From: an uncultured Actinomycetes bacterium
Lineage (GTDB): Bacteria; SZUA-79; Acidulodesulfobacterales; Acidulodesulfobacteraceae
NCBI GenBank assembly: GCA_964631685.1
Contig: CAZVZU010000002.1
Location: 32,001 to 96,000 of the forward strand
DNA: 64,000 nt
Reading direction: 5' to 3'
The notes under the pieces were generated by a model. It was given only the letters and a program-made list of their open reading frames with translations, was not told the origin of the DNA and did not search any database. This document shows, one piece after another, positions 47,788-61,787 of the stretch. The stretch's first letter is position 1. Each line of letters begins with the position of its first letter. A program made the translations under genes and the position numbers.

Positions 47788-49869
47788 TTATTTACCTTGT
47801 GATTTAGCAATAATTTCATCAGCTATCATTTTAGGTACATGTTCATATTTAAGAAATTCCATAGTATAGTTAGCCCTACCCTGCGTCTTTGACCTTAAAT
47901 CTGTCGAATAACCGAACATTTCAGCTAACGGAACATCTGTGTTTATAACCTGCACACCCCTTCTCTCTTCCAAATTAATAATCTTTCCTCTTCTAGAATT
48001 CAGATCCCCTATAACATCACCCATGAAATCTTCCGGTACCAAAACTTCAACCTTCATTATAGGCTCCAAAAGAACAGGTGAAGCCTTTTTAGCGCCGTCT
48101 TTAAATGCCATCGATGCAGCAATCTTAAACGCCATTTCGGAAGAATCAACCTCATGAAATGACCCGTCATACACGGTAGCTTTAATATCAACCACCGGAT
48201 AGCCAGCTAATACTCCGCTTGTTAATGCCTCGGCAATACCTTTATTAACAGCAGGTATATATTCCGTAGGAATAACCCCGCCTTTTATTTTATTGACAAA
48301 TTCATAGCCTGCACCCTTTCCAAGAGGCTCAAGCTCAAGTCGCACATGACCATATTGCCCTCTACCACCCGATTGGCGAATAAATTTACCCTCACATTTA
48401 ACGCTTTTATCAATCGTCTCTTTGTATGCAACTTGAGGTTTACCGACATCAGCATCAACCTTAAACTCTCTCAGCAACCTATCTACAATTATTTCAAGAT
48501 GAAGCTCGCCCATCCCTGAAATTATAGTTTGTCCTGTTTCTAAATCGGTCTTAACCCTGAATGACGGATCCTCAATTGTTAACTTCTGCAACGACAATCC
48601 TAATTTATCTTGATCTGCCTTAGTTTTAGGCTCAATTGCAACAGATATAACCGGTTCAGGAAACTCCATCGATTCAAGAACTATCGGATTAGAATCATCG
48701 CAAAGCGTATCCCCTGTAACGGTGCTTCTCAACCCAACGGCTGCAGCAATATCGCCCGCACAAATCTCCTTTACTTCCTCTTTTTTATTCGCGTGCATTC
48801 TTAAAAGCCTTCCGACTCTTTCTTTAGAATCTTTGGTAGAATTATATACATATGACCCCGAAGTAAGAACGCCAGAATAGACCCTAACATATGTCAATTG
48901 ACCCGTATAAGGATCGGATGCAATCTTAAAAGCCAAAGCTGCAAAAGGCTCTTCGTTGGAAGCATTCCTTATCTCTTCTTTTTCTGTTTTGGGATTTATT
49001 CCATTAACAGCCGGCACTTCCATAGGAGATGGTAAATAGTCGATTATAGCGTCCAACAACTGTTGTACTCCCTTATTCTTAAATGCAGACCCACAAAACA
49101 CGGGGACAACCTTGAATTCAAGCGACGCTTTCCTTATAGTTTTTTTGGCAGAGTCAATATCTACCTCTTCGCTATTCAAATATTTCTCCATTAAACTATC
49201 GTCAAAATCACATGATCTTTCAATAAACTCATTATGATATTTCTCTGCATCTGAAACATATTCCTTTGGAATATCTGTTATATCATATTCTGATCCAAGG
49301 TCCTCATTTTTATAAATATAGGCTTTCATTGTTACAACATCAATAACGCCCTTAAAATTATCTTCAAGGCCAAACGGAATCTGCATAATAACAGGTACAG
49401 CACTAAGTCTTTCTCTAATCATATTTACGCATCTAAAAAAATCTGCGCCGGTTCTATCCATTTTATTTACAAAACATATTCTAGGCACCTTATATTTATC
49501 GGCTTGTCTCCAAACAGTCTCGGATTGCGGTTCAACCCCTGCCACGCCGTCGAACACAGCCACCGCTCCGTCGAGCACCCTTAAAGATCTCTCCACCTCT
49601 ATCGTAAAATCAACGTGCCCTGGAGTATCTATAATATTGATTTTGTTATTTTTCCAAAAACACGTCGTTGCGGCAGAAGTAATGGTGATACCTCTTTCTT
49701 GCTCCTGCTCCATCCAATCCATTGTGGCAGTACCTTCGTGCACTTCGCCAATCTTATAATTAACCCCGGTATAATATAAAATCCTCTCCGTCGTCGTAGT
49801 TTTACCGGCATCAATATGCGCCATAATGCCTATATTTCTCGTGTTTTCTAAAGATATCCTGTCAGCCAT
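47788..49869 (-). CDS. fusA: Elongation factor G
   Basis: [17 protein letters not shown] and GMGELHLEI; 693 aa. Confidence 0.99.
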   Translation of the reverse strand: MADRISLENTRNIGIMAHIDAGKTTTTERILYYTGVNYKIGEVHEGTATMDWMEQEQERGITITSAATTCFWKNNKINIIDTPGHVDFTIEVERSLRVLDGAVAVFDGVAGVEPQSETVWRQADKYKVPRICFVNKMDRTGADFFRCVNMIRERLSAVPVIMQIPFGLEDNFKGVIDVVTMKAYIYKNEDLGSEYDITDIPKEYVSDAEKYHNEFIERSCDFDDSLMEKYLNSEEVDIDSAKKTIRKASLEFKVVPVFCGSAFKNKGVQQLLDAIIDYLPSPMEVPAVNGINPKTEKEEIRNASNEEPFAALAFKIASDPYTGQLTYVRVYSGVLTSGSYVYNSTKDSKERVGRLLRMHANKKEEVKEICAGDIAAAVGLRSTVTGDTLCDDSNPIVLESMEFPEPVISVAIEPKTKADQDKLGLSLQKLTIEDPSFRVKTDLETGQTIISGMGELHLEIIVDRLLREFKVDADVGKPQVAYKETIDKSVKCEGKFIRQSGGRGQYGHVRLELEPLGKGAGYEFVNKIKGGVIPTEYIPAVNKGIAEALTSGVLAGYPVVDIKATVYDGSFHEVDSSEMAFKIAASMAFKDGAKKASPVLLEPIMKVEVLVPEDFMGDVIGDLNSRRGKIINLEERRGVQVINTDVPLAEMFGYSTDLRSKTQGRANYTMEFLKYEHVPKMIADEIIAKSQGK

Positions 49870-49886
49870 TTAGTCCTTCCTATTTA

Positions 49887-50357
49887 TTACCACTTAAAAT
49901 GAGCAAAAGCCTTATTAGCCTCAGCCATTCTAAATGTATCTTCCTTCTTTTTAATTGAGCTACCCTTATTATTTGCGGCATCTAGTATTTCAAGTGCAAG
50001 GCTTTCTTCCATAGATTTCTCATTCCTTGCCCTTGCGTACTCTATGATCCATCTTATTGCCAAATATAATTTTCTATCAGTTCTGACTTCAATAGGAACT
50101 TGGTAGTTAGACCCCCCTATCCTTCTCGCTTTTACTTCAAGAACGGGTTTGACATTATCTATCGCCTGCCTAAAAATTTTAAGGCCATCATCCTTGGTCT
50201 TTTCGTTGATTATATCAAGCGACCTATAAAATATCCTCTCGCTAACGCTTTTCTTTCCGTTATACATAAGTTTATTTATAAACTTTTGAACTATCTTATC
50301 GCCAAACTTCGAGTCATCATTGATGACTCTCTTGACTGCCCTTTTTCTCCGAGACAA
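49887..50357 (-). CDS. rpsG: 30S ribosomal protein S7
   Basis: RRIGGSNYQVP and MAEANKAFAH. Confidence 0.98.
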   Translation of the reverse strand: MSRRKRAVKRVINDDSKFGDKIVQKFINKLMYNGKKSVSERIFYRSLDIINEKTKDDGLKIFRQAIDNVKPVLEVKARRIGGSNYQVPIEVRTDRKLYLAIRWIIEYARARNEKSMEESLALEILDAANNKGSSIKKKEDTFRMAEANKAFAHFKW

Positions 50358-50383
50358 TTTTAACTCCTCACTTTATACCGCTA

Positions 50384-50755
50384 TTATTTAGTCCTCTTAG
50401 CCCCATACTTAGATCTACTTTGCTTTCTTCCGTTAACACCGACGCAATCAAGCGCGCCCCTGATTATATGATACCTAACACCTGGTAAATCCTTGACTCT
50501 TCCGCCTCTAATGAGCACTACCGAGTGCTCCTGCAGATTATGTCCCTCTCCTGGTATGTAGGAAGTTACTTCCATACCGTTAGTCAGTTTAACCCTTGCA
50601 ACCTTACGAAGAGCCGAGTTAGGCTTTTTTGGGGTAGTGGTATATACCCTGACACAAACTCCCCTTTTTTGAGGAGAACCCTTTAACGCAGGAGAAGATG
50701 TTTTCTTTAAGACCTTCTTCCTAGCTTTCCTGATTAATTGATTTACGGTTGGCAA
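50384..50755 (-). CDS. rpsL: 30S ribosomal protein S12
   Basis: [10 protein letters not shown] and [12 protein letters not shown]. Confidence 0.99.
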   Translation of the reverse strand: MPTVNQLIRKARKKVLKKTSSPALKGSPQKRGVCVRVYTTTPKKPNSALRKVARVKLTNGMEVTSYIPGEGHNLQEHSVVLIRGGRVKDLPGVRYHIIRGALDCVGVNGRKQSRSKYGAKRTK

Positions 50756-50864
50756 GACAACCCCCCCTTTTTTTCTTATATTTAGTTATAAACTATTTAG
50801 TTAAATTTTAAAAATTAGTAAAACCTATAATGCTTCCTTAAAAAAACAATTTGTTGAATTATAG

Positions 50865-50893
50865 ATTCTAATATTTAATTACCTTTTTGTCAA
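50865..50893 (-). promoter_or_regulatory. Sigma70 promoter of the str operon (TTGACA-N17-TAGAAT)
   Basis: -35 at 50893-50888, -10 at 50870-50865, in the rpoC-rpsL spacer. Confidence 0.75.
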
Positions 50894-50918
50894 CAACTTT
50901 TTGTTAAAAACCAAAAAA

Positions 50919-53900
50919 TTATGATACATCTACATCTAATCCTAAATATTCCTTAGATCCTGTACCTGCCGGTATAAGCCTTCCCATGATCACGTTTTCC
51001 TTAAGACCCTTCAGATAATCCACCTTACCGTGGATAGCCGCTTCAGTCAGCACCTTCGTGGTTTCCTGAAATGATGCCGCAGAAATAAAGCTTTCCGTGC
51101 TTAAGGAAGCTTTGGTTATACCCATTAATTCGGGCTCCGCTATGGCAGGATCATTACCTTCTCTTATGGTGCGCTCGTTTTCTGTATCAAATGTGCTTTT
51201 ACTTACAATCTCATCCTCAATAAACTTAGAGCTTCCGGAATTCTTAATCCTTACATTCTTGAGCATCTGCTTAACGATTACCTCAATATGCTTATCGTTT
51301 ATTTTAACACCCTGCAACCTGTAAACCTCTTGAATTTCATCGACCAAAAATTTGGCAAGTTCTTTTTCTCCGAGAACCTTTAGGATATCGTGAGGATTAG
51401 GTGAGCCATCCATTAAAGGCTCTCCGGCCTTAACATAATCACCTTCATGAACACTGACGAGTTTGCCCTTGGGGATAAAATACTCCCTAGGTTCTCCATT
51501 TAGAGGCTCAACAATAACCCTTCTTTTACCCTTAAAATCACGCCCAAAAGAAACCTTTCCGCTTATCTCGGTTATAACTGCACATTCCTTGGGTTTTCTT
51601 GCTTCAAATAGTTCGACTACCTTTGGCAGGCCACCCGTAATATCCTTAGTCTTAGTGGTCTCTCGCGGAATTCTTGCAATAACATCCCCCGCAAAAACCT
51701 CGTCCCCGTCTTGGACAGACAAATATGACCCCATAGGCATTAAATAAGTTTTTTCATTGTCACTAGATTCAGTTGATCTAATAATTATCTTCGGTCTTAA
51801 GGTTTGGTCTCTTGATTCCATGATAACCTTCCTTGATAAACCAGATGTTTCATCAACCTGTTCCTGCATGGTTTCATTTTCCCTTATATCATCAAACCTC
51901 ACAGTTCCGGAAATATCTGCAATTATAGGGCTAATATAGGAATCCCAATCCGCCAACAAAGTATTTGTCTTGATCTTAGAATTCGGTTCAACTTTTATTT
52001 TTGAACCATAAGTTAACTGAACCCTTTCTATCTCTCGTCCTAAGTCATCCGATATGGTAATTTCACCATTTTTATTCATAACGACATATTCATTGTCTCT
52101 ATTTTTAATGATATTGATGTTATTAAATTTAACAACTCCCTCATATTTATTTTCAACACTTGTTTGTTCAGACCTCCTTGACGCAGTACCCCCAACATGG
52201 AACGTCCTCATAGTCAACTGAGTTCCCGGCTCACCGATAGACTGGGCTGCCATAGTACCGATTGATTCTCCAATGTTTACCAAGTGTCCTCTTGCCAAAT
52301 CTCTCCCATAGCATCTTACACACACACCATTTTTTGCATTACAAGTCAACACAGACCTTATCTTGACACTTTCAATGTGTGCATTTTCTATCAATGATTG
52401 ATGAGATTCTTGAATTTCCTCGTTAGCCTTAACAATCAATGCCCCCGTGAACGGATCTATGATATCCTCCAAGGCAACCCTTCCTAGTATTCTATCCGCA
52501 ATAGGTTCTATCACATCTCCGCTTTCCACTAATGTCGAAACCACTATTCCGTCTATTGTATGGCAGTCATGCTCGGTTATAATAGTATCTTGAGCAACAT
52601 CAACCAATCTTCTGGTTAAATATCCCGAGTTAGATGTCTTTAAGGCCGTATCTGCAAGCCCCTTTCTGGCACCGTGTGTTGATATAAAATACTGTAAGAC
52701 AGTAAGCCCCTCTCTAAAATTGGCGGTTATGGGCGTTTCGATAATTTCCCCGGACGGTTTGGCCATTAATCCCCTCATGCCGGCAAGCTGTCTTATCTGT
52801 GCTTCCGAACCCCTCGAACCGGAGTCCGCCATCATAAAGATAGAATTAAGACTTTTCCCTTTAACCTTATCCTTTTTGTTGTTTCCTGAATATTCCTGGG
52901 TACCCAATTTATTCATCATAACTGCTGCTATCTCATCAGTTGAATTAGCCCATGTATCAACTACCTTATTATACCGCTCTCCATTAGTTATGAGTCCTTC
53001 TTTATAGCTATTTTCTATCTCTTCGACCTTAGCGGTTGCCTCTTTGATGATACTCGTTTTTTCGGATGGAACCCTCATATCACTTATACAAATAGATATA
53101 CTGGATTTAGTAGAATATTCAAAGCCCATAGACTTCAGCTTATCCGCAAGTATGACGGTCTTTTTTGGACCACATATTCTAAAAGCATAATCTATTAAAT
53201 TTGAAATCTCTTTTTTGGACATAACGGTATTTACAAACGAAAAATCTATTTCATGTGGTATTATCTCATAGAGTATAACCCGACCTACAGTTGTCTTCTC
53301 TATTTTGCTATTGATTTTTGCTTTTATACGCGCATGAAGACTCACAGCGCCATTATCATAAGCGAACTTGACTTCGTTTGAATTGGAAAATATCTTATTT
53401 TCCCCTTTTGCAAACGGTATGTCTCTCGTCATATAATATAAACCAAGGACTATATCCTGGGAAGGTACGATAATCGGTTTTCCATTAGCTGGAGAAAGTA
53501 TATTGTTGGTTGCCATCATCAAAACCCTAGCCTCTACTTGAGCCTCTATTGACAACGGAACATGAACTGCCATCTGATCTCCATCGAAATCTGCATTAAA
53601 CGCTGCGCAAACCAACGGATGCAAGTGTATGGCCTTGCCTTCCACCAACACGGGTTCAAAAGCTTGTATGCCAAGCCTATGAAGTGTAGGCGCCCTGTTT
53701 AGTAAAACGGGATGTTCTTGAATTACCTCCTCTAAAACATCGAAAACCTCCGGTGCTTCCCTATCAACCAATTTTTTTGTGGCCTTAAGCGTATCTGTTA
53801 CGCCATTCTGTAATAATTTATGAAAAATAAATGGCTTAAAGAGTTCAATCGCCATTTTTTTAGGTAAACCACACTGATGGAGTTTTAGCTCCGGACCCAC

Positions 53901-55181
53901 GACTATAACCGACCTTCCGGAATAATCCACGCGCTTGCCTAATAAATTAAGCCTGAATCTGCCCGTTTTTCCCTTTAGCATTTCGCTTAAGGATTTTAGA
54001 GGTCTCCTATTGGAACCCATGATTACGCGGCCACGCCTGCCATTATCAAAGAGCGCATCCACCGCTTCTTGTAGCATTCTTTTTTCATTCTTTATAATTA
54101 TATCCGGGGCAGACAGTTCAATCAGCTTCTTTAACCTATTGTTCCTATTTATGACCCTTCTGTATAAATCATTCAGATCTGAACTTGCAAATCTTCCGCC
54201 CTCAAGCGGCACTAGCGGACGTAAATCCGGAGGAATAACCGGAATTGCATCTAAGATCATCCATTCAGGCCTATTTGCCGATACCTTAAATGCTTCAATT
54301 AATTTTAATTGTTTCGCAAGTTTTTTCTTCTTAATGCCGCTAGGTAGATCTTTTATTTCTTCCTTAATATCTTCGGACAATGATACAAGGTCAATTTTCT
54401 TGAGTAATTCTTTTAGTGCTTCCGCTCCTATACCAGCCTTAAAATCGTATCCTTCTTTCTTCAGTTTTTGATAACTTTCCTCACTTATAATATCCTTATA
54501 TTTTAATCCGATCTTCTCTGCATCACCAGGCTCTATAACAACATAAGATTCAAAATAAAGAATCTTTTCTATGTCCTTGAGTGTCATGTCGAGTATGCTT
54601 CCAATTCTTGAGGGCAAGCTCTTAAAAAACCATATATGAGCAACGGGAGCAGCAAGCTGAATATGTCCTAATCTCTCCCTTCTTACCTTAGATGAAATTA
54701 CCTCTACACCACATTTCTCGCATATTATGCCCCGATGTTTCATTCTCTTGTATTTTCCGCAATTACACTCATAATCCTTAATCGGACCAAAAATTCTTGC
54801 GCAAAAAAGACCATCTCTTTCAGGTTTCAATGTTCTATAATTTATGGTCTCCGGTTTTTTAACCTCTCCATGTGACCATTTTTTTATAGTTTCGGGAGAT
54901 GCAATTCCTAATCTGATGGAATTAAAACTTAAGGGGTCGTTAACACCTTCTCTGTCATTCATAAAGAAGAAGTCCCTTTTATTTTTACCGTCAAATAATC
55001 TTTCCAGATTAGGTTCTTTTGCCTCTGTTTTTATCATTCCAGCATATTTGGAAATATCATTCATACTAATGGTATTATTGCTATTGTCATCGTCGTTCGT
55101 GCTACTACCATTATCAGCATCACCAACGATGTCCTTATTAGCATCATTGCTATATTTATCCGGATCGTCATCAATCAACAT
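50919..55181 (-). CDS. rpoC: RNA polymerase beta' subunit with acidic N-terminal extension
   Basis: [12 protein letters not shown] catalytic motif and zinc ribbons. ATG 55181 follows AAGGAGG and overlaps the rpoB stop. Confidence 0.99.
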   Translation of the reverse strand: MLIDDDPDKYSNDANKDIVGDADNGSSTNDDDNSNNTISMNDISKYAGMIKTEAKEPNLERLFDGKNKRDFFFMNDREGVNDPLSFNSIRLGIASPETIKKWSHGEVKKPETINYRTLKPERDGLFCARIFGPIKDYECNCGKYKRMKHRGIICEKCGVEVISSKVRRERLGHIQLAAPVAHIWFFKSLPSRIGSILDMTLKDIEKILYFESYVVIEPGDAEKIGLKYKDIISEESYQKLKKEGYDFKAGIGAEALKELLKKIDLVSLSEDIKEEIKDLPSGIKKKKLAKQLKLIEAFKVSANRPEWMILDAIPVIPPDLRPLVPLEGGRFASSDLNDLYRRVINRNNRLKKLIELSAPDIIIKNEKRMLQEAVDALFDNGRRGRVIMGSNRRPLKSLSEMLKGKTGRFRLNLLGKRVDYSGRSVIVVGPELKLHQCGLPKKMAIELFKPFIFHKLLQNGVTDTLKATKKLVDREAPEVFDVLEEVIQEHPVLLNRAPTLHRLGIQAFEPVLVEGKAIHLHPLVCAAFNADFDGDQMAVHVPLSIEAQVEARVLMMATNNILSPANGKPIIVPSQDIVLGLYYMTRDIPFAKGENKIFSNSNEVKFAYDNGAVSLHARIKAKINSKIEKTTVGRVILYEIIPHEIDFSFVNTVMSKKEISNLIDYAFRICGPKKTVILADKLKSMGFEYSTKSSISICISDMRVPSEKTSIIKEATAKVEEIENSYKEGLITNGERYNKVVDTWANSTDEIAAVMMNKLGTQEYSGNNKKDKVKGKSLNSIFMMADSGSRGSEAQIRQLAGMRGLMAKPSGEIIETPITANFREGLTVLQYFISTHGARKGLADTALKTSNSGYLTRRLVDVAQDTIITEHDCHTIDGIVVSTLVESGDVIEPIADRILGRVALEDIIDPFTGALIVKANEEIQESHQSLIENAHIESVKIRSVLTCNAKNGVCVRCYGRDLARGHLVNIGESIGTMAAQSIGEPGTQLTMRTFHVGGTASRRSEQTSVENKYEGVVKFNNINIIKNRDNEYVVMNKNGEITISDDLGREIERVQLTYGSKIKVEPNSKIKTNTLLADWDSYISPIIADISGTVRFDDIRENETMQEQVDETSGLSRKVIMESRDQTLRPKIIIRSTESSDNEKTYLMPMGSYLSVQDGDEVFAGDVIARIPRETTKTKDITGGLPKVVELFEARKPKECAVITEISGKVSFGRDFKGKRRVIVEPLNGEPREYFIPKGKLVSVHEGDYVKAGEPLMDGSPNPHDILKVLGEKELAKFLVDEIQEVYRLQGVKINDKHIEVIVKQMLKNVRIKNSGSSKFIEDEIVSKSTFDTENERTIREGNDPAIAEPELMGITKASLSTESFISAASFQETTKVLTEAAIHGKVDYLKGLKENVIMGRLIPAGTGSKEYLGLDVDVS

Positions 55182-58100
55182 TTTCTCCCTCCTTTAACAA
55201 CTCTACATTCAGGCATAGACTCTGCAATTCTTTAATGAGAACATTAAATGATTCCGGAAGTCCAACTTTGAAAGATGTATCACCCTTGACAATTGCTTCA
55301 TACATTCTTGTCCTGCCAATAGAATCATCCGATTTAACCGTCAGAAATTCTTGAAGGGTATGCGCTGCTCCATATGCCTCCATTGCCCATACCTCCATTT
55401 CTCCTAATCTTTGTCCTCCAAATTGCGCCTTACCACCCAACGGTTGTTGAGTGACTAACGAATAAGGACCGGTTGACCTTGCATGTATTTTATCATCGAC
55501 CAAATGATGAAGTTTAAGCACATACATTATACCTACCGTAACCTTCCTATCAAACGCCTCACCCGATCTCCCATCATAAAGCGTGACCTGACCTGTTTCT
55601 TCGACCCCTGCGAGCCTTAGGTGGTCCCTAATTTCACTCTCTTTTGCCCCATCAAAAATAGGAGTTGCCATGTGAACGCCGTTTTTGTACTTTTTTGCCA
55701 ACTCTATAACTTCGTCGTCATCTAGCTCTTTGATAAACTGACTCATCGTAGAATCGGTGAATATCGTCAGCAATTTCTCTCTGACCGCTTCAGAGCTAAA
55801 GTTCTTCTCTATCATTTTATTTACTTGGACTCCCAAATTATGAGCCGCCCATCCTAGATGGACTTCTAAAATTTGGCCAACATTCATCCTAGAAGGAACC
55901 CCAAGAGGATTTAGCACCATATCGACTGTCCTTCCGTCCTTCATAAATGGCATATCGTTGATAGGAAGTATTCTGGAAACCACACCTTTATTTCCATGTC
56001 TTCCAGCCATCTTGTCTCCTACAGATAACCGTCTCTTAATGGCTATATAAACCTTTATAGTCTTAAGAACACCCGGGGGAAGCTCATCTCCTCTTTGTAT
56101 CCTTGCTATCCTGTCTTCGTAATATTTATTCAAAACACCAATATTTTCCGATGACTCATAATCTATTTTCCTTAACTTGTCGTATATATTTTTAGCATTA
56201 CCCTCTAACTCAAGATTAAAAATATCATCGCGGGTAAGCCTAGAAACTATGACTTCCGATAATACATCTCCTTTTTTAAGATACATAGGCTTGCGTCCGG
56301 AAGAAAGGGTGGTATCTGCACCACACTTTTTATTCTGCAATACACTACGCATTCTCCCAAGAGCATTATTAGAAATTGATAATCGCTTGTCTTCAAGCTC
56401 TGCATTAAGACTTAACACTTCACCTTCTTCTATTTCTTTAGCCCTAAAATCCTTATCGATGCCCTTTCTTGAAAATATCCTGACATCAACGACAACACCA
56501 GCAACGCCTGGCGGAACCCTCAAAGACGTGTCTCTGACCTCCCTGGCCTTTTCACCGAATATTGCCCTTAAAAGCTTATCTTCTGGCGTAAGAACTGTCT
56601 CTCCCTTAGGCGTTACCTTTCCGACCAATATATCCTGCGCCTTAACGCTAGCACCTATCCTGATAATTCCATTCTCGTCTAAATTATTCAGTGCCTCTTC
56701 GCTTATGTTAGGGATATCAGAAGTGATTTCTTCCTTGTCGGACTTCATTTCTCTACACGCCACCTCAAATTCTTCGATGTGAATAGATGTAAATGTATCC
56801 TCGTGTAATAATTTTTCACTTATCAATATTGAATCTTCAAAATTGTAACCGTTCCACGGCATAAACGCGACTAAAACATTATGTCCGAGTGCTAACTCTC
56901 CATCCTTTGTAGATGCACCATCCGCAATAATTTGTCCGACAACAACCTTGTCTCCGATCTTAACCAATGGTCTCTGGTTTAAACATGTATTCTGATTTGA
57001 CCTTTGGAATTTTACAAGACTATAAATAGAAACAGCATTTCTGCTACTATCATCTTTATTTGATTCGTCGTCATTATCCACATAAATTTTATTAGCATCT
57101 ACATAACTAACCATACCATTGTACTCTGATACAACACATACGCCGGAATCTTGAGCTACGACTTTTTCGACACCCGTTCCTATAATAGGTGCATCAGGCA
57201 TCAACAACGGTACTCCCTGCCTTTGCATATTGGAACCCATCAAGGCACGGTTGGCATCATCATGTTCCAAAAACGGAATTAATGACGTTGCAACCGAAAC
57301 AAGCTGCATTGGAGAAACATCTATATAATCAACCTCATTCGGATAAACCATGACAGTTTCTCCGCTTCTTCTCACAGGTATCAATTTATTTACGAGATAA
57401 CCATATTTATCTATCTCCGCATTAGCTTGAGCTATGATGTATTTTTCCTCTTCGGTAGCCGTGAGAAAATCAACATCATCGGTTACCATAGCGCCTTTTT
57501 CCATTATCTTAACCCTTCTGTAAGGAGACTCAATAAATCCGTACACATTGACCCTAGCATAAGAAGACAGTGATGCTATAAGCCCGATGTTCGGGCCTTC
57601 AGGTGTTTCAATAGGGCAAATCCTGCCGTAATGAGTTGGATGGACATCCCTAACTTCAAAACCTGCGCGCTCTCTAGTAAGACCGCCAGGTCCTAGTGCG
57701 GAAAGACGCCTCTTATGCGTGATTTCGGAAAGAGGGTTTGTCTGGTCCATAAATTGAGATAGCTGACTTCTACCGAAAAACTCCTTTACCAATGAAGTTA
57801 CAGGCTTAGGATTAACAAGGTCATTAGGCATCAATGAATCAAGTTTTTGCGTAGTCATTCTCTCCTTTATGGCCCTCTCCATTCTTACAAGCCCTATTCT
57901 AAATTGATTCTCCAGAAGTTCTCCGACTGCCTTCACTCTTCTGTTTCCAAGGTGATCTATATCATCAATTGTGCCCCTGCCATCCTTTAGCTCCATTAAA
58001 TACTTTAAAACATTTAAAATATCGTCCGGCATCAAAACTCTATTGTCAAGGCTTTCATTTAGATTCAACTTGTTATTTATTTTGAGCCTTCCGACCTCGG

Positions 58101-59343
58101 ACAAATCATACCTGTCTGAATTAAAAAACATATTTTCAAAATAGGATGTTGCCGACACGCTATTCGGCGGCTCCCCAGGTCTCATTCTCCTATAAATATC
58201 GATAACTGCATCATCCTTAGAATTAACCTTATCCGATAAGATAGTATCCATAATAGATGAAGAAACGTTAACATTATCAATAAAATATACACTAAATTCA
58301 TTTATACCCAGACTCGCAAAGGTTTCTAAAAGTTCAGATGTTATGGATTGAACCGATTTAGCGATAACATCTCCGTTCTCCTTGATGTCTTTAGCAAGAT
58401 ATTTTCCGATAACTTCGGATTCATCACAAGGTAAAAATTCTATACCTGCTTCTTCAAGCTTGCTTACCAAACGCTTGTTTATCCTTCTACTCTTCTTTAC
58501 TAAAATTTCGTTTGTTTTTGGGTTAATTATATCTTCATACGCCCGTGCCTGAGAAAGAAATTCTTTGGGCATTTTCCTGAAACATTTCCCGTCTATAAAC
58601 CTAATTATTTCATGCTGATAAAAGCTATTCAGAATATCATCTCGCGAATACCCTGCAGCCTTAAGTAAAATGGTCGCTGGAAACTTCCTTTTTCTGTCTA
58701 TTCTCGCAAAAACCATATCCCTCTGATCGAATTCAAAATCAAGCCACGATCCCCTGTAAGGTATAACCCTTGCCGTGTAAAATGGCCTTTCTTGTGTATG
58801 GCTTCTTATCTTGTCACTGTCGTAAAAAACCCCCGGAGACCTCTGCAACTGACTGACTATTACCCTCTCTATGCCGTTAATAACAAATGATCCATTTTTA
58901 GTCATCAGAGGCACTTCGCCAAAATATATCTCTTGTTCCTTAATATCCTTAATTTCTCTCTGCTCACTCTCGCTGTTTAAATCGGCATTAATATCAAATG
59001 TCGCCAGATCAAAAAGGACCTTCAGCGATGCGCTATAAGTCAAGCCCTTCTGTTTGCACTCAGTAACACTGTATTTAGGCTCACCAATAGTATAGCTCTT
59101 AAATTCCAAAGAAAAACTTTTACTTAATCCCTCTATAGGAAAAACTGATTTAAAAACCCCTTGCAAGCCATTATTTGTCCTTTGATCTTGGGGGACGTTT
59201 TTTTGTAAAAATCTTTCATAAGAGTTTCGTTGAACTTCAAGAAGATTGGACGTATTTATAATCCTTCTAATCTTAGAAAAATTCTTTCTTAAGATTATAG
59301 GAACGCCGCCTTCCGAATTAAATTGCAATTTTATTTTTGCCAT
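55171..59343 (-). CDS. rpoB: RNA polymerase beta subunit
   Basis: [33 protein letters not shown] and GGQRLGEME. Confidence 0.99.
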   Translation of the reverse strand: MAKIKLQFNSEGGVPIILRKNFSKIRRIINTSNLLEVQRNSYERFLQKNVPQDQRTNNGLQGVFKSVFPIEGLSKSFSLEFKSYTIGEPKYSVTECKQKGLTYSASLKVLFDLATFDINADLNSESEQREIKDIKEQEIYFGEVPLMTKNGSFVINGIERVIVSQLQRSPGVFYDSDKIRSHTQERPFYTARVIPYRGSWLDFEFDQRDMVFARIDRKRKFPATILLKAAGYSRDDILNSFYQHEIIRFIDGKCFRKMPKEFLSQARAYEDIINPKTNEILVKKSRRINKRLVSKLEEAGIEFLPCDESEVIGKYLAKDIKENGDVIAKSVQSITSELLETFASLGINEFSVYFIDNVNVSSSIMDTILSDKVNSKDDAVIDIYRRMRPGEPPNSVSATSYFENMFFNSDRYDLSEVGRLKINNKLNLNESLDNRVLMPDDILNVLKYLMELKDGRGTIDDIDHLGNRRVKAVGELLENQFRIGLVRMERAIKERMTTQKLDSLMPNDLVNPKPVTSLVKEFFGRSQLSQFMDQTNPLSEITHKRRLSALGPGGLTRERAGFEVRDVHPTHYGRICPIETPEGPNIGLIASLSSYARVNVYGFIESPYRRVKIMEKGAMVTDDVDFLTATEEEKYIIAQANAEIDKYGYLVNKLIPVRRSGETVMVYPNEVDYIDVSPMQLVSVATSLIPFLEHDDANRALMGSNMQRQGVPLLMPDAPIIGTGVEKVVAQDSGVCVVSEYNGMVSYVDANKIYVDNDDESNKDDSSRNAVSIYSLVKFQRSNQNTCLNQRPLVKIGDKVVVGQIIADGASTKDGELALGHNVLVAFMPWNGYNFEDSILISEKLLHEDTFTSIHIEEFEVACREMKSDKEEITSDIPNISEEALNNLDENGIIRIGASVKAQDILVGKVTPKGETVLTPEDKLLRAIFGEKAREVRDTSLRVPPGVAGVVVDVRIFSRKGIDKDFRAKEIEEGEVLSLNAELEDKRLSISNNALGRMRSVLQNKKCGADTTLSSGRKPMYLKKGDVLSEVIVSRLTRDDIFNLELEGNAKNIYDKLRKIDYESSENIGVLNKYYEDRIARIQRGDELPPGVLKTIKVYIAIKRRLSVGDKMAGRHGNKGVVSRILPINDMPFMKDGRTVDMVLNPLGVPSRMNVGQILEVHLGWAAHNLGVQVNKMIEKNFSSEAVREKLLTIFTDSTMSQFIKELDDDEVIELAKKYKNGVHMATPIFDGAKESEIRDHLRLAGVEETGQVTLYDGRSGEAFDRKVTVGIMYVLKLHHLVDDKIHARSTGPYSLVTQQPLGGKAQFGGQRLGEMEVWAMEAYGAAHTLQEFLTVKSDDSIGRTRMYEAIVKGDTSFKVGLPESFNVLIKELQSLCLNVELLKEGENVD

Positions 59344-59397
59344 TTATGATTTAAACTCCCGTATTTCCTGCTTAAATATAATATATTATTTATTTGT

Positions 59398-59772
59398 TTA
59401 TTTAACCTCTACTTTTGCGCCGACTTCCTCTAGCTTTGCTTTCGTTTTATCGGCATCTTCCTTGCTAACAGCAGTTTTTACAGGTTTAGGTGCACCGTCA
59501 ACGAGATCCTTTGCCTCTTTTAATCCTAGACTTGTCAGCTCTCTTACAGCTTTAATAACCTGAATTTTATTTGGGCCTGTATTTTCCAGGATAACGTCAA
59601 ATTCAGTCTTTTCCTCTGCTTTAGTGCCGGCTGCTTCTACTGCCGGAGCGGCCATTGCAAACTGCTCTGCCTTTACTCCAAATTTTTCTTCTACTGCTTT
59701 AATTAGATCGTTCAATTCAATTACAGAAACATTCTCAATATAATTTAATACATCATCCTTAGTTATAGCCAT
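59398..59772 (-). CDS. rplL: 50S ribosomal protein L7/L12
   Basis: EEKTEFDV and [10 protein letters not shown]. Confidence 0.98.
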   Translation of the reverse strand: MAITKDDVLNYIENVSVIELNDLIKAVEEKFGVKAEQFAMAAPAVEAAGTKAEEKTEFDVILENTGPNKIQVIKAVRELTSLGLKEAKDLVDGAPKPVKTAVSKEDADKTKAKLEEVGAKVEVK

Positions 59773-59851
59773 TGTTACTCCTCCGATATTTAATAAAATA
59801 TAAGTTTAAAATTAAGTAAATACAATTATTAACATTTATAACAAACCAAAT

Positions 59852-60370
59852 CTACGAAATGGATTTTTCAGCTTCCACGGCCTTAAGAGTTCTTATAAAG
59901 CTTACAATAGGCGCTCTAAGTGCTAAGATAAGACGTATTTCCGGAAATTTCACGGTAAAAATAAATCTTGATATTAGAACTTCTTTAGAAGGCAATGTTG
60001 CAAGAACGGTAATTGCGGCAACATCTAATATCGCCTGATAGTATCCGGCCTTAATTTCGATATTGGTAGGATTCTCCTTCGCAAACTTTACTAGCGCCTT
60101 GGCGCTAGTCATTGGATCATTAGTAAAAACGAAGAAATTAGGCCCTTCAAGATGATCGGCAATAGCCTCGGCATATGTTTGCTTAAAGGCTATTCGGCTT
60201 AAAGTATTCTTGACAATTTTAAGAAGAGCGCCGTGCTTGCGCATTTCTTTTCTTAAAAGATTAAATTTTTCAACACTGAGCCCGTAATGCTTACTTATAA
60301 GCAAGCCTTGATTATCGCCAAGACTCTGTTTTAAAGACTCAATCTCCTGAGTTTTTTTTTCTTTTTTCAT
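59852..60370 (-). CDS. rplJ: 50S ribosomal protein L10
   Basis: VKNTL, LATLPSKE and operon position. Confidence 0.95.
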   Translation of the reverse strand: MKKEKKTQEIESLKQSLGDNQGLLISKHYGLSVEKFNLLRKEMRKHGALLKIVKNTLSRIAFKQTYAEAIADHLEGPNFFVFTNDPMTSAKALVKFAKENPTNIEIKAGYYQAILDVAAITVLATLPSKEVLISRFIFTVKFPEIRLILALRAPIVSFIRTLKAVEAEKSIS

Positions 60371-60469
60371 TCTCTCTCCCCTCCTTTCTTTTAAATTTTC
60401 TCTTACAATTTACAATCTTTGCCAACACAAGAACATAAGAGCAACTTAAAAGAAAATATGGTCGGTAAC

Positions 60470-60520
60470 GCTCTTTTTGCCTATGGCAGGATTTACAAAC
60501 CTACCGTCATTGACAAACTT
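60470..60520 (-). ncRNA. Ribosomal protein L10 leader (autoregulatory mRNA element)
   Basis: GACGGTAGG-tttgtaaat-CCTGCCATAGG hairpin upstream of rplJ matches the L10-leader core pattern. Confidence 0.65.
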
Positions 60521-60552
60521 AAAATCATAGATTAACTAATCATGTCATGCTT

Positions 60553-61254
60553 TTAGTTTCTGAGCTTAGCGGTATCCAAACCAAAACAAGGTCCCATTGT
60601 AGACGACAGGGAGATTTTTTTGATATATGTTCCTTTACTAGAAACAGGCTTGAGCCTATTAACGGTTTCAATAAGTGCCATAAAATTATCCTTTAGCTTA
60701 GATGTGCCAAACGAAACCTTACCCAAGGATGCGTGCAGAATGCCATTTTTTTCTGCCTTAAACTCTATTTTGCCGGCCTTAAGCTCTTTCACGGCCTTTC
60801 CTACATCAAAAGTTACCGTCCCAACCTTTGGGTTTGGCATTAAGCCTCTTGGTCCTAATATTTTACCGAGTTTGCCGACATTTGCCATGATGTCCGGGGT
60901 AGCTACGACTTTATTAAAATCCATAAATCCTTGTTGCACTTTGGCTATCATATCTTCCTGTCCAACATAATCTGCTCCGGCAGTCAACGCCTCTCTCTCC
61001 TTTTCTCCTTTGGCAAAAACAAGAACCTTGATATTCTTTCCTGTTCCGTGTGGTAAAAGAACCGCACCCCTAACCTGTTGATCATTTTTCTTTGTATCTA
61101 TGCCGAGATTTATCGCAACATCAATCGACTCGTCAAATTTTGTATAATGTGAATCTACGATGGAATCAAACGCCTCATCCAACGTATAATTTTCATTTTT
61201 ATTAGTATCTAACTTCTTTAAAACCTCTAAATATTTTTTACCTCTCTGCGCCAT
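60553..61254 (-). CDS. rplA: 50S ribosomal protein L1
   Basis: KFDES, LPHGTG and LGPRGLMPNPK. Confidence 0.98.
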   Translation of the reverse strand: MAQRGKKYLEVLKKLDTNKNENYTLDEAFDSIVDSHYTKFDESIDVAINLGIDTKKNDQQVRGAVLLPHGTGKNIKVLVFAKGEKEREALTAGADYVGQEDMIAKVQQGFMDFNKVVATPDIMANVGKLGKILGPRGLMPNPKVGTVTFDVGKAVKELKAGKIEFKAEKNGILHASLGKVSFGTSKLKDNFMALIETVNRLKPVSSKGTYIKKISLSSTMGPCFGLDTAKLRN

Positions 61255-61270
61255 TATTGAATATCCTCCT

Positions 61271-61699
61271 TTAATCTATGACATCTATGCCCATACTCCT
61301 AGCCGTCCCTTCGATAATTTTAATTGCCTCGCTTATCTCGTTTGCGTTAAGATCTGGCATTTTAGTTTTTGCAATTTCTTCCACTTTAATCCGATTTAAT
61401 GTCGCAACCTTATTTTTATTTGGCTCATTAGACCCTTTTTCTATGCCTGCCGCTTGTTTTAGCAAAACGGAAGCAGGAGGCGTCTTTAAAACGAAATCGA
61501 ATGATCTGTCGGCATATATAGTAAGAACAACCGGTATAACGGTACCTGCCTGCGATTTTGTTCGATCGTTGAATTGTTTGCAAAACTCCATTATATTAAC
61601 CCCATGTTGACCCAGTGCAGGTCCGATAGGGGGGGAGGGGCTAGCCTTTCCGCCTATGATTTGTAATTTAACCAAAGCTTGAACTTTCTTCACAGCCAT
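61271..61699 (-). CDS. rplK: 50S ribosomal protein L11
   Basis: [15 protein letters not shown] and GTARSMG. Confidence 0.98.
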   Translation of the reverse strand: MAVKKVQALVKLQIIGGKASPSPPIGPALGQHGVNIMEFCKQFNDRTKSQAGTVIPVVLTIYADRSFDFVLKTPPASVLLKQAAGIEKGSNEPNKNKVATLNRIKVEEIAKTKMPDLNANEISEAIKIIEGTARSMGIDVID

Positions 61700-61787
61700 A
61701 ACATTTTTCCTCTGTTATTTAACCTTAATGTTCACGTAACGATTAACTATAATTTCACAATACTAAACAAAATATAGACTCATAGTG

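Noticed and set aside
50761..50774. Phase-variable homopolymer upstream of rpsL
   Set aside because: The C run reads as a G-rich SD on the coding strand, in front of the TTG start of an essential gene.
57690..57790. Rifampicin-resistance allele in rpoB (FGRSQ instead of FGSSQ)
   Set aside because: The key contact residues (Q, D, H, R, S in QFMDQ..HKRRLS) are wild type.
50919..59343. Inteins or an rpoB-rpoC fusion
   Set aside because: Lengths are near normal, no intein motifs were seen, and rpoB has its own stop in a different frame from rpoC.
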